Source: Bacteroidota bacterium (GTDB taxonomy: Bacteria; Bacteroidota; Ignavibacteria; UBA10030; UBA6906). From it: a stretch of 64,000 bases of DNA. The DNA is taken from positions 15,727-79,726 of the forward strand of contig JAGDMK010000001.1 of NCBI GenBank assembly GCA_017860635.1, written 5' to 3'. How positions within the stretch are numbered: the first letter of the stretch is position 1; each line of letters starts with the position of its first letter. The notes below the pieces were generated by a model. That model saw nothing but the letters and a program-made list of their open reading frames with translations, was not told where the DNA came from and searched no databases. Below are positions 29,001 to 36,972 of the stretch, in pieces. A program made the translations under genes and the position numbers.

Positions 29001-29277
29001 TATCGTCAAACACTCTGCGGCCACGGAAGTCTCGATCTCTGTCAGGTGCATGAAAGGCGACCTGGAAATTCTTGTCTCAGACAATGGAAAAGGGTTTGTC
29101 CTCACTGACCGACTCGGGACAGGAAATGGCTTGAGCAGCATGCACAAGCGGATCGCTGATATGGGCGGGACTCTCAGGATAGATTCCACACCCGGTCGTG
29201 GGACACTGGTTGCAGTTCAAGCGACATTGGCAACCCATAGACCAACCGATTTACCTAATTCTAAGTATTGGATCTGA
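26089..29277 (+). CDS. Sensor histidine kinase with periplasmic two-component-regulator-propeller (Reg_prop) repeats, Y_Y_Y domain, TM, HisKA_3 and HATPase_c
   Basis: Reg_prop-like 'G.LW.GT..GL..fd' repeats (more than 10). 'YAYKLEGFDKDW' Y_Y_Y motif. TM 'FWATWWFRIPAMIALLGIV'. H-box 'HDEIGSSLSEI'. 'SDNGKGF' G-box. Confidence 0.8.
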   Translation: MLFPSLRSCWKLKVLQPVCVLLFSLQCIVFSAPRETIRFQHFGVEQGLPNSAVNWILLDGHGYLWVATVDGLGRYDGYRFQVYRNNSEDEASLSSNDVRTLFEDRSGNLWVGTNGGLNRFDWKTEKFRRYLYSAHDDNSISSDSITTIGEDGKGELWIGTKAAGLNTFNAHKNNFTRVVLDTSARTVGKKTLCDNRVRAIIRDHKGVLWIGTRGGWLHRLDPVTNEFDCYRSARTHTDVLDPDGVRALCEDHSGNIWLGTFEAGIKKFDPMTRKFETFIHRSGDPTSLSNNAVNQLLVDRTGDLWIATFNGGLDRRRWPERKFKHYVNNPKDPVTLSSDNVTSLCEDQSGTVWVGTAVGLDKYVAGMNIFRHFSHDPDDPKSLSNNFVASIKEDRSGNLWVATFGGGLNQFDPATGVFEHFLHSPRDAGSICSNYVTGLCVSRSGSLWIGTMGGGLDKLAPGSRKFQHYPKTRSDTRIRTIYEDGSGLLWYGTYSAGLKKFNPRTNQLTHFFQDPNNPHSVTSNVVWEFEVDTARKNEGLLWIAANHGFTRCDMKREKFQQFFPDTQYTSRSNNIMQTHQDHSGTLWLATLGGLWGFEPKTGAFEHFTSKDGLANDLVWNLEEDDHGRLWIATGSGLSRFDPRTKQFRNYDAGDGLQGIRFNYGCHSKLRSGELCFGSTDGFTMFHPDSVKENTHVPPIVIAGFRKFNKPVDIREAVGQSGAVELSYKENMFSFEFAALDFVRPEENQYAYKLEGFDKDWVYCGTRRSATYTNLDGGEYVFRVKGANNDGVWNEEGASMAVIITPPFWATWWFRIPAMIALLGIVGKTVRYVEKRKLMRRIEQLELEQALVNERARISQDMHDEIGSSLSEIAILGELARKKPEEAERYIQQISERAAEVIDSVSEIVWAMNPSYDTLDSLVARMRRDAVKYLGFANISCRFAAPDVVPSLPLRAELRRNLFLVVKEALHNIVKHSAATEVSISVRCMKGDLEILVSDNGKGFVLTDRLGTGNGLSSMHKRIADMGGTLRIDSTPGRGTLVAVQATLATHRPTDLPNSKYWI

Positions 29278-29302
29278 AAGCGTGTGTACGTATTCTCAAT
29301 CC

Positions 29303-29929
29303 ATGACTATCAAAGTCGCAATCGTTGAAGACAACAAGAAGATTCGGGAGGGTCTGGCAATACTCATTGACGGCTCGGAAGGATTTCAATGCTCTGCGGT
29401 GTACGACAGCGCGGAAGAAGCCTTGCGCCATCTCCCGTCATACAAGCCCGATGTAGTGTTGATGGACATCCAACTCCCAGGGATGTCTGGCATCGAGTGT
29501 GTCGCGAAACTCAAGGAGAAGAACCCGAATCTTCAGGTCATTATGCTAACGGTCTTTGAGGACGATGAGAAGGTGTTCAAGTCCATTGTTGCCGGGGCTA
29601 CGGGGTATATCCTCAAGAGGACGCCGGCGGCAGAATTGCTCGGAGCGATAAAGGAAGTCCATGAAGGCGGTTCCCCAATGTCTGACCAGATCGCCCGCAA
29701 AGTGGTGCAGGCTTTTCAGCAGATGGGAAAGTCTTCCAAGGAAACGGAGAATCTCACCGAGCGGGAGATGGAGATTCTCTCGTTCCTTGCCAAGGGATAC
29801 CAGGACCAGGAAATTGCTGACCAGTTCTTTATCAGTGTCAAGACAGTTCGAACCCACCTCAGAAACACCTACCAGAAGCTTCATGTCCGTTCCCGCACCC
29901 AGGCTGTGCTGAAGTATTTGCGGAAATAG
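29303..29929 (+). CDS. NarL/FixJ-family response regulator (REC plus LuxR-type HTH)
   Basis: 'KVAIVEDN..DVVLMDIQLPGMSGIE' receiver. 'LTEREMEILSFLAKGYQDQEIADQFFISVKTVRTH' LuxR HTH. Confidence 0.85.
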   Translation: MTIKVAIVEDNKKIREGLAILIDGSEGFQCSAVYDSAEEALRHLPSYKPDVVLMDIQLPGMSGIECVAKLKEKNPNLQVIMLTVFEDDEKVFKSIVAGATGYILKRTPAAELLGAIKEVHEGGSPMSDQIARKVVQAFQQMGKSSKETENLTEREMEILSFLAKGYQDQEIADQFFISVKTVRTHLRNTYQKLHVRSRTQAVLKYLRK

Positions 29930-30562
29930 CCCGCTCTCTCTGGTCCATAGCTCCGGCACGTGAGCGATTCATTCAGCTTCTACTGTACGCACTTCTGCTG
30001 ATTTTTCTCCCCCTACGCACGCGTTTCATGAAGAGATTACTGAAAAAGGCCGATTTCCCTCGACGATGTGTAGCATTATATTGGGCTCCAGCAATTGTAC
30101 GGCTGGAGCCACCGTAAAGTCTCACGTTCACCTAATGCTTGTACTTCTCCAAATGCATTGCACTGCTGGGGCTTCTGCGGCAGGGAAACATACGTCAGAT
30201 CACGCCGGTGAAATCTGGTGCATGGTCAGCGGCATTCTGGTACCTACCCGGTGATGTGGGGGAAGGAGCGGCGGCGGTCGAGACACGGCGCGCGCGGGGC
30301 ATGCCCGTATTGGTTTGAGGTGGAAGGACTGTACCTGCAGATCAGACGGATGGCATTGCTCCCGTAGTCAGGCAGCAAACGGCACAGTGTCGTGACGGTG
30401 AAGAGAACGCTTCGGTACATTCAACCAGCGAAAGGTGATCAAGGAGGGGCTTTCTGAGGGCTGATGCTCAATGTGCCGCCTAGAGCATCTCAGACCGAGG
30501 GAACTTGTCACGAATTCCTTGGAGCAGTTGTTCAAAACCACATAAGCAATGAGGAGGTCATC

Positions 30563-32728
30563 ATGAGATTCAAACAGAAGTCAGCGTATGTGGCGTTTGG
30601 CGGTGTGTTCGTCATTGTCGGGTTCATGGGCATGGCTTCCATCAGTCTGGCGCAAGTTGACACTTGGACAGACAAAACCCCAATGCCCACCACAAGAACA
30701 TTGCCTGGTGGATGTGTCATTGATGGAAAAATCTACGTTGTCGGTGGCGCTCTGAATGAAACAGACCTGACAGCGGCTGTAGAAGTGTATGATCCAATCG
30801 GTAACACATGGACCAAGAAGGATACTCTGCCATCAAGGCTCTGTATTCATGCGACCTGCACATTCGAAGGCAAGATCTACGTATTTGGAGGTATCAGCCC
30901 CACTGTTCAGTCAACGGCTAAGAAGAGCGTCTATGTCTATGATCCAAGGATGGGCACTTGGACTCAGAAAGCTGATATGCCAAATGTCAATGCGTGGTGT
31001 GGTATAGCAGTTGTCGATAGCGCAATCTATCTCATTGGTGGATGTACCGTAGCGCCAGGTCCACCGAGTCAAACTGTAATGGCATATTATCCTCATATGC
31101 AATCGTGGACGTCGAAGGCAGATATGCCGACAGCTCGATTTGGCTTGTCCGCCTCCGTCGTGAATGGAAAGATCTATGCCATTGGAGGATGTGACGCCAG
31201 CTATCAGCCCTATAAAAACGTTGAGATGTACAATCCGGCAACGAATTCTTGGAGAGCCGTATCCGACATGCCGACGCAGCGCTTCGGTCTAGGTACTTGT
31301 GTGGTGGAAGGACAAATCTATGCTATTGGCGGTTGTTCAACGACGGGTGCATGTACAATCAATGAACTCTATGATCCTGCCACAAATACATGGACCACAA
31401 AATCTCCAATGCGGAAGGAACGGCTTGGACTCTTTGTGGGTTCGATCGGGAATAAGATCTATGCAATAGGTGGGTCGAATCCATACCCTCAGCCTACGAT
31501 GTTTTCTACGGTGGAGGAATATTTGGTCAAAGAAGACTTCTGGACAACGAAGACCAACATGCCTACCGCACGATACGGTCTATCCACCAGCGAGGTGAAT
31601 GGGAAGATCTATGCCATCGGCGGTGCAGCTGGTACGAGTATGACGACTCTTTCGACGGTGGAAGAGTACGACCCGGCCAGGGATATATGGACCACCAAAG
31701 CTCCGATGCCAACTCCCAGGTTCTTTCATTCCATGAGCGTGGTCAATGGGAAGATCTATGCCATCGGGGGCGCACCGCAGGCGAACCAACAAGTTCCGAC
31801 TGTGGAAGCGTACGACCCGGAGACGAATACGTGGACGACGAAAGCCGACATGCCAACCGCACGACACAGTCTATCCAGCAGTGTGGTGAATGGGAAGATC
31901 TATGCTATCGGGGGTGGCCGAGTTGGTACTTGGGATGTGTCAATCGTGGAAGAATTCGACCCGGCCACGGATAAATGGACAACGAAAGCCCCGATGCCAA
32001 CGCTAAGAGGCTCGCTTTCCACCAACGTGTTGGACGGAAAGATCTATGCAATCGGGGGTGGCTCTGGTACCATGGATGGGGCAGGTATTGGGATCGTGGA
32101 AGTGTACGACCCGGCCACGGATAAATGGACTGCGAAAGCCCCCATGCCAACGGCAAGAAAAGGCTTATCCACCAGCGTGGTAAACGGGAAGATCTATGCC
32201 TTTGGTGGCTATTCAGGGAGTGGAGTGAGCGCCCCAGTTATTTCGACCGTTGAAGTGTATAGCCCGACGACGGACTTCTGGACTAGGTTAGCCGAGATGC
32301 CGACGGCACGGGGCTTGCTTTCGACCAGCGTGGTGAACGGCAAGGTCTATCTCATTGGGGGGTCCGTGGCGCGGGGCTACCCTTGGGTAGCTTGTTCAAC
32401 AGTGGAGGAATATACCCTCCAGACAACAAGCGTAAAGGTAGAATCCAGGGCAACGATTGTACCGTTACAATACGCACTTTTGCAGAACTACCCCAACCCC
32501 TTCAATCCGAGCACAACAATCACGTACCAGTTGCCGGTGTCAACGGGAGTCAGATTGAGTGTGTTCGATGTACTGGGTCGGGAAGTATCCGTGCTGGTGA
32601 ATGAGAGAAGGGAGGCAGGTGTTCATGAAGTCAAGTGTGAGGGTTCGAATCTTGCAAGTGGCGTATATTTCTACCGACTGCAAGCTGGAGGTTTTGTGCA
32701 GACGAAGAAACTGGTTCTGAGCAAGTGA
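30563..32728 (+). CDS. Kelch-repeat beta-propeller secreted protein (about 12 Kelch units) with T9SS CTD
   Basis: RBS 'gaggagg'. Signal/anchor 'VAFGGVFVIVGFMGMASISLAQ'. Repeated 'NGKIYAIGG..VEEYDPATDKWTTKAPMPT'. CTD 'NYPNPFNPSTTITYQLP'. Confidence 0.8.
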   Translation: MRFKQKSAYVAFGGVFVIVGFMGMASISLAQVDTWTDKTPMPTTRTLPGGCVIDGKIYVVGGALNETDLTAAVEVYDPIGNTWTKKDTLPSRLCIHATCTFEGKIYVFGGISPTVQSTAKKSVYVYDPRMGTWTQKADMPNVNAWCGIAVVDSAIYLIGGCTVAPGPPSQTVMAYYPHMQSWTSKADMPTARFGLSASVVNGKIYAIGGCDASYQPYKNVEMYNPATNSWRAVSDMPTQRFGLGTCVVEGQIYAIGGCSTTGACTINELYDPATNTWTTKSPMRKERLGLFVGSIGNKIYAIGGSNPYPQPTMFSTVEEYLVKEDFWTTKTNMPTARYGLSTSEVNGKIYAIGGAAGTSMTTLSTVEEYDPARDIWTTKAPMPTPRFFHSMSVVNGKIYAIGGAPQANQQVPTVEAYDPETNTWTTKADMPTARHSLSSSVVNGKIYAIGGGRVGTWDVSIVEEFDPATDKWTTKAPMPTLRGSLSTNVLDGKIYAIGGGSGTMDGAGIGIVEVYDPATDKWTAKAPMPTARKGLSTSVVNGKIYAFGGYSGSGVSAPVISTVEVYSPTTDFWTRLAEMPTARGLLSTSVVNGKVYLIGGSVARGYPWVACSTVEEYTLQTTSVKVESRATIVPLQYALLQNYPNPFNPSTTITYQLPVSTGVRLSVFDVLGREVSVLVNERREAGVHEVKCEGSNLASGVYFYRLQAGGFVQTKKLVLSK

Positions 32729-32779
32729 AAGTCGCCGCGATACATGCGACTCCTGCAATTCGATCACAGGTGTTTCCGG

Positions 32780-33075
32780 AGCCGGAAGTAGTTCCGGCTT
32801 CGCTATTTATGTGACCAGTGCTGTTCGAGAACCTCGAAAACCGATGGTCTGCAATTCGTAGACCAATACTCGGCTTGGTCCAAGAAAAGTCTCGTGCTCA
32901 AACATTCGAGTTCGGGAATCGCTCAATGTCCACAAGGGCTTCCTCACTTTCGAATCTTGAGGCTGAATCGCCACTACTGTTCAATTCAGCAGGAATCCTC
33001 CCTACCTGACGGCAGGCAGGGATTTTCCGTATTCCATCTTCATTCAGCCCTGACCCCAGACGGGGTTCTTTCTTC
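32780..33075. repeat. DE copy 5 with terminal terminator-like hairpins ('ccctacctgacggcaggcaggg' followed by 'attttcc', and 'accccagacggggtt' followed by 'ctttcttcttc')
   Basis: Homologous to DE copies 1-4. Confidence 0.65.
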
Positions 33076-33122
33076 TTCAGGATCTGTTCATGGTTTGAGC
33101 CTGGCTGCAGCAAATCGACCGC

Positions 33123-33151
33123 TTGACATTGTAACAGAATGGCATTACTAT
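33123..33151 (+). promoter_or_regulatory. Sigma70-like promoter TTGACA-N17-TACTAT upstream of the DoxX gene
   Basis: 'cgcTTGACAttgtaacagaatggcatTACTATtgc', about 70 nt upstream of the ATG at 33224. Confidence 0.45.
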
Positions 33152-33223
33152 TGCGACAGTCAATGCTGAGTGTGCCTTGCCAGCAGGCGTCCCAATCCAG
33201 GCAACACACCTGAAAGGAGTGCA

Positions 33224-33697
33224 ATGACTGCCCCCCACGGTGAACGAACACTTGCTTCCGACGCTACAGTTCTCATCCGTCTGCTTGTTGGATGCGTATT
33301 CCTTTCTGAGGGCATCCAGAAGTTTCTTTATCCGGCTGCGCTGGGCGCCGGCCGGTTTCTGCGGATCGGCTTTCCCTGGCCGGATGTCCTGGGGCCTGGT
33401 ATCGGAATAATTGAAATCATCGGAGGGGAACTCATCCTCCTGGGCCTGCTGACCCGGCCGACGGCGCTTGTGCTTCTGGTCAATATTTCCCTCGCAATCA
33501 TTTCAACAAAAATCCCGATTTTGCTTGGTCATGGTTTTTGGGGGTTCAAACTTCCGGAGCTCATGAGCTATGGATTCTGGAGCATGGCTCAGGAAGCGCG
33601 CACGGACCTGGCGATGTTCCTCTGCACCCTTTTTCTCGTTATTGCCGGGGCAGGTTCCTGGTCTCTTGACTCGTATCGACAGCGGCGACAAGAGTAG
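33224..33697 (+). CDS. DoxX-family membrane protein
   Basis: Four TM helices with a 'LLVGCVFLSEGIQKF' start typical of DoxX. RBS 'aaaggag'. Confidence 0.6.
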   Translation: MTAPHGERTLASDATVLIRLLVGCVFLSEGIQKFLYPAALGAGRFLRIGFPWPDVLGPGIGIIEIIGGELILLGLLTRPTALVLLVNISLAIISTKIPILLGHGFWGFKLPELMSYGFWSMAQEARTDLAMFLCTLFLVIAGAGSWSLDSYRQRRQE

Positions 33698-33733
33698 TGA
33701 AATGTGAATGCCACAACTTCCATCTCCAGCTAG

Positions 33734-33757
33734 CCCCGCCCCCAGGCGGGGTTCTTT
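33734..33757 (+). terminator. Rho-independent terminator after the DoxX gene
   Basis: 'ccccgcc-ccca-ggcgggg' hairpin followed by 'ttcttt'. Confidence 0.5.
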
Positions 33758-33884
33758 GTATCCCAACACGCGCTTGCTCGCCGTTTGGAGCTTAATTGCG
33801 AGGTGACGCCAACGAGATGCTAAGATCCGGAGGAGTCGCACTATGCTTACGTCTCAGTTTCTTTCCATCGTGCTCCGAGAGAAG

Positions 33885-36104
33885 ATGGCTATCCACTTCA
33901 TCACTATCCTGGTTGCGGCTCTTATGATGGCAGGATGCCAGCATCCAGAGCCTGATGCGTACACGCTCCAGACACCTGCGCTGACGGTGACGATCGATCG
34001 GGACGGAGGAATCCGGCACATAGCCTACGCCGGTCCGGAGCAGGTGCGGCACGTCAGGTCGTTTACACGGTTATCCGACTGCGAACCGGCAGGCGATGTG
34101 GAAATCGCCCACAGCGACTCCCAATTCAGTTTTCGAAGGAAATGGATTTCAAGATCCACGGGGAATTCAGCCCTTGTGACTGATTGCTTCAGCAAGGGGA
34201 ACGGCAGCATACGGTGGGAGGTGGAGGTTGCCGGCCTCGAAGGTCCATGGAGCACTCCGGTGGAAACGCATCTGGTCTATCCCGACAGCGTTTCGGCGAG
34301 GTTCTGGACGGCATGGGGGGACCCGAGGCTGGGCGGTATCCGAAGCCGGTCACCGGAACAACAGGCTTCTCTCGGCATTCTTGCCTCGGACGTAACCGGG
34401 AACTGGAGCGATCCGCTTCTTCCTATCCCGTTCGTAGACGACACCGTATGGTACGGCGCTCCTCCTTTTAGCTATGACAATCCACGGATCGGCTTCATCC
34501 CATTTCAGGGAAACCTGATGGGGATACCGTTGGTCACAGTCTCTGAAGAGCAAGGAGACAGGGGACTGAGCCTAATCCTTTCGCCGGCGGATACACTGCT
34601 CGAACTGAATCTCAGGGTAAGCTCCTCAGGTGAAATGGTCTTCAGCAGGGAGCATCATCGCATCTCATCTGCCGCGCCGGTTCGCCTCCGCATGGACCTC
34701 GTGGCTCATGAATCAGGATGGCGGGGCGGCCTGCGTTGGATGGCAGAGAACTACCCCGGCTTTTTCGATCCGAACATCCCTGAGGCGCACGAGATTGCCG
34801 GGACCGGCGCGTATTCGTCTCTCGAGAAGCCGTTCGACATTCAGAAGATGCGGAGAATGGCATTTGGCGTGAATTGGAAGGCGAGCTTCGACTTTCCGTA
34901 CATGGGGATGTTCATCCCGCCGGTGAAAGACGAGAATCAGCAGTGGGTACGTTACGGCGGCGGCACCACATCGATTGCGGCCATGCGGGACTACGCCGCA
35001 GGAATGCGATCACACGGCTTCCACGTTCTGAGCTACTTCAATATTACAGAATTCGGTGCTGAGGTGACCGATCCGGCACCGCGCCGCAAGGCAGACAGAG
35101 ATGAAGATCTCTGGAAGAATGCCGATGACTTCCTGTACTACAGACTTGCTGATGCAATCCTCCGCGTGTCCACTGCAGTCGCAAAAGACAAGCTCACGTT
35201 TGATCCGCGGGCGAGAGCCGGAGGTCCCTACTACACATGGGGGAACGGGATCGTCATGGATCCCGGCGAACCGGTCTACCAGGAGTTCCTGCTCGAACAG
35301 GCCCGGATACATATCACGTTCATCCCTGATGCAGAGGGTATTTGTATTGACAGGATGGATTGGCTCCGGTTGTACAACGAGGAGCGTGACGACAACCTGA
35401 GCTGGTTCAACAACCGGCCTACCCGCTCGCTGCTTGTATCATGGAAGAACCTTCTGGACCAGCTCGGTCCGATGATGCATGGATCGGGCAAAGCGATCTT
35501 TGTCAACAATCATGACAAACGGATTGACCTGCTCCGGCAGGTTGATGGTTTCTTTGATGAGTTCACGTACGGCGGATCTCCGTTGAACCTGACGGCGTTG
35601 ATGGGCGTCAGGAGACCCGTGCTCGGCTGGACCTCTGAGGAGAAGAACCTCCGGCCGGATCCGGATGCATTCTTCCAGCGCTACCTCCATCTTGGCGTTT
35701 TCCCGACAGCGCCATTTCCGGGCAACGACCATTCGCTTCAACCGTCCGCATGGGTCGACAGGCAGTATCTGGATTACGGTCCGCTCCTCAGCCTGATGAA
35801 AGGGAAGAAATGGGTCCTCGAGCCTCACTGTATTACGGTTGAGGGCCTGAAAGCAAAGGTGAACCTGTTCGAGGTGCCGGGAGGGTGGGTCGTCCCGGTG
35901 ACTTTCGGTCCTAAAGAAGGGACCGTCCCGGTGACTGTCCGCAATGTCCCTGGCATGACAGGTGATCTGAAGGCGTCTGCCATGTACCCCGGGAGCGACA
36001 CAATGGTTCCGGTAGCGATCACTGGTGCCGGCGACGCACTGCAGATGGTGGTCAGCACCAGAAGAGGATGCGCCATGGTGAAGCTCATGAAGGAAACACG
36101 ATGA
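33885..36104 (+). CDS. Hypothetical lipoprotein (about 740 aa), function unknown
   Basis: Lipobox 'VAALMMAGC'. No recognisable catalytic motif was found by eye. Confidence 0.5.
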   Translation: MAIHFITILVAALMMAGCQHPEPDAYTLQTPALTVTIDRDGGIRHIAYAGPEQVRHVRSFTRLSDCEPAGDVEIAHSDSQFSFRRKWISRSTGNSALVTDCFSKGNGSIRWEVEVAGLEGPWSTPVETHLVYPDSVSARFWTAWGDPRLGGIRSRSPEQQASLGILASDVTGNWSDPLLPIPFVDDTVWYGAPPFSYDNPRIGFIPFQGNLMGIPLVTVSEEQGDRGLSLILSPADTLLELNLRVSSSGEMVFSREHHRISSAAPVRLRMDLVAHESGWRGGLRWMAENYPGFFDPNIPEAHEIAGTGAYSSLEKPFDIQKMRRMAFGVNWKASFDFPYMGMFIPPVKDENQQWVRYGGGTTSIAAMRDYAAGMRSHGFHVLSYFNITEFGAEVTDPAPRRKADRDEDLWKNADDFLYYRLADAILRVSTAVAKDKLTFDPRARAGGPYYTWGNGIVMDPGEPVYQEFLLEQARIHITFIPDAEGICIDRMDWLRLYNEERDDNLSWFNNRPTRSLLVSWKNLLDQLGPMMHGSGKAIFVNNHDKRIDLLRQVDGFFDEFTYGGSPLNLTALMGVRRPVLGWTSEEKNLRPDPDAFFQRYLHLGVFPTAPFPGNDHSLQPSAWVDRQYLDYGPLLSLMKGKKWVLEPHCITVEGLKAKVNLFEVPGGWVVPVTFGPKEGTVPVTVRNVPGMTGDLKASAMYPGSDTMVPVAITGAGDALQMVVSTRRGCAMVKLMKETR

Positions 36105-36115
36105 ACGTCAGGAAA

Positions 36116-36163
36116 CCGGGAATTCCGTCTTGTGACAAAATCGTGACAAAAACGAATTCCGGG
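36116..36163 (+). terminator. Hairpin (imperfect inverted repeat ccggGaattc..gaattccgg) enclosing the direct repeat gtgacaaaa x2
   Basis: Seen directly in the sequence, 12 nt after the stop codon of the lipoprotein gene. Confidence 0.3.
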
Positions 36164-36218
36164 CTACGTAGATTCTGACAGTCCAGCGGATTTAACAGAC
36201 TTCACGAAAGGGCGTCTC

Positions 36219-36656
36219 ATGTCGCGCAGCAAGAAGCTCATCGTTGTTCTCCTTCTCACTGGCCCGCTTATTGCGGTATCCTCTATAGCTGGCCAGCCGG
36301 CTCAGGAAGAACATGAGGAGTTCTACAAGATCATCCGGACGGTCAAGGATATCCTCCTTGGGCAGAATACAGAGCAGGCGAAAGCCAGCATCGCGCCGGG
36401 AGCACAGCTCATCTGGGGAGCGAAGTTTGTAGACCTCGGAGATGTAGTAGCGGGGAAGAACACAACATGCGCTCTCGCAGATACTTCATTTCACGGGGTC
36501 ATGATTCAGGGCCGGACAAATGAGACAGAGGATATGGGGTGGGTTGTACTCAAGACGCGACAGTCCGACACGACCAGAGTGAGGTTCCACTCCGTTGTAT
36601 TCCTGAAAGACTCTACCGGGCGATACAGGATCCATCACTGGCACAGCGGGATCTAG
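36219..36656 (+). CDS. Hypothetical secreted protein
   Basis: Signal peptide 'KKLIVVLLLTGPLIAVSSIAG'. No recognisable motifs. Confidence 0.45.
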   Translation: MSRSKKLIVVLLLTGPLIAVSSIAGQPAQEEHEEFYKIIRTVKDILLGQNTEQAKASIAPGAQLIWGAKFVDLGDVVAGKNTTCALADTSFHGVMIQGRTNETEDMGWVVLKTRQSDTTRVRFHSVVFLKDSTGRYRIHHWHSGI

Positions 36657-36972
36657 AAGCAATTGTGTGATCTCTAAGTTTCACTAGAGGCATGAAGCTG
36701 GCTGCCAAGCCGTCGATGAGCCCGGACCTCCTGGATGCCAATTCCATTCGCTCCCTCTGTGTTGATAGCCCTCCTGTGATTTAATTAGCGTTCGCGAGAT
36801 GATCCCCAGCGTCGAATCAAAGCCCAACCGGCAAGCAATGGCGGGCGAACACCATTAAAAGAAATTAATCAACTAAACGAAGATATCGGAACTTTCGTAC
36901 ATATCGTCGCGTTAAGGGGGTATGATTCAACAGTCCATTCAAAATCCCCCACAAACTCTAACGGAGGTTCCG

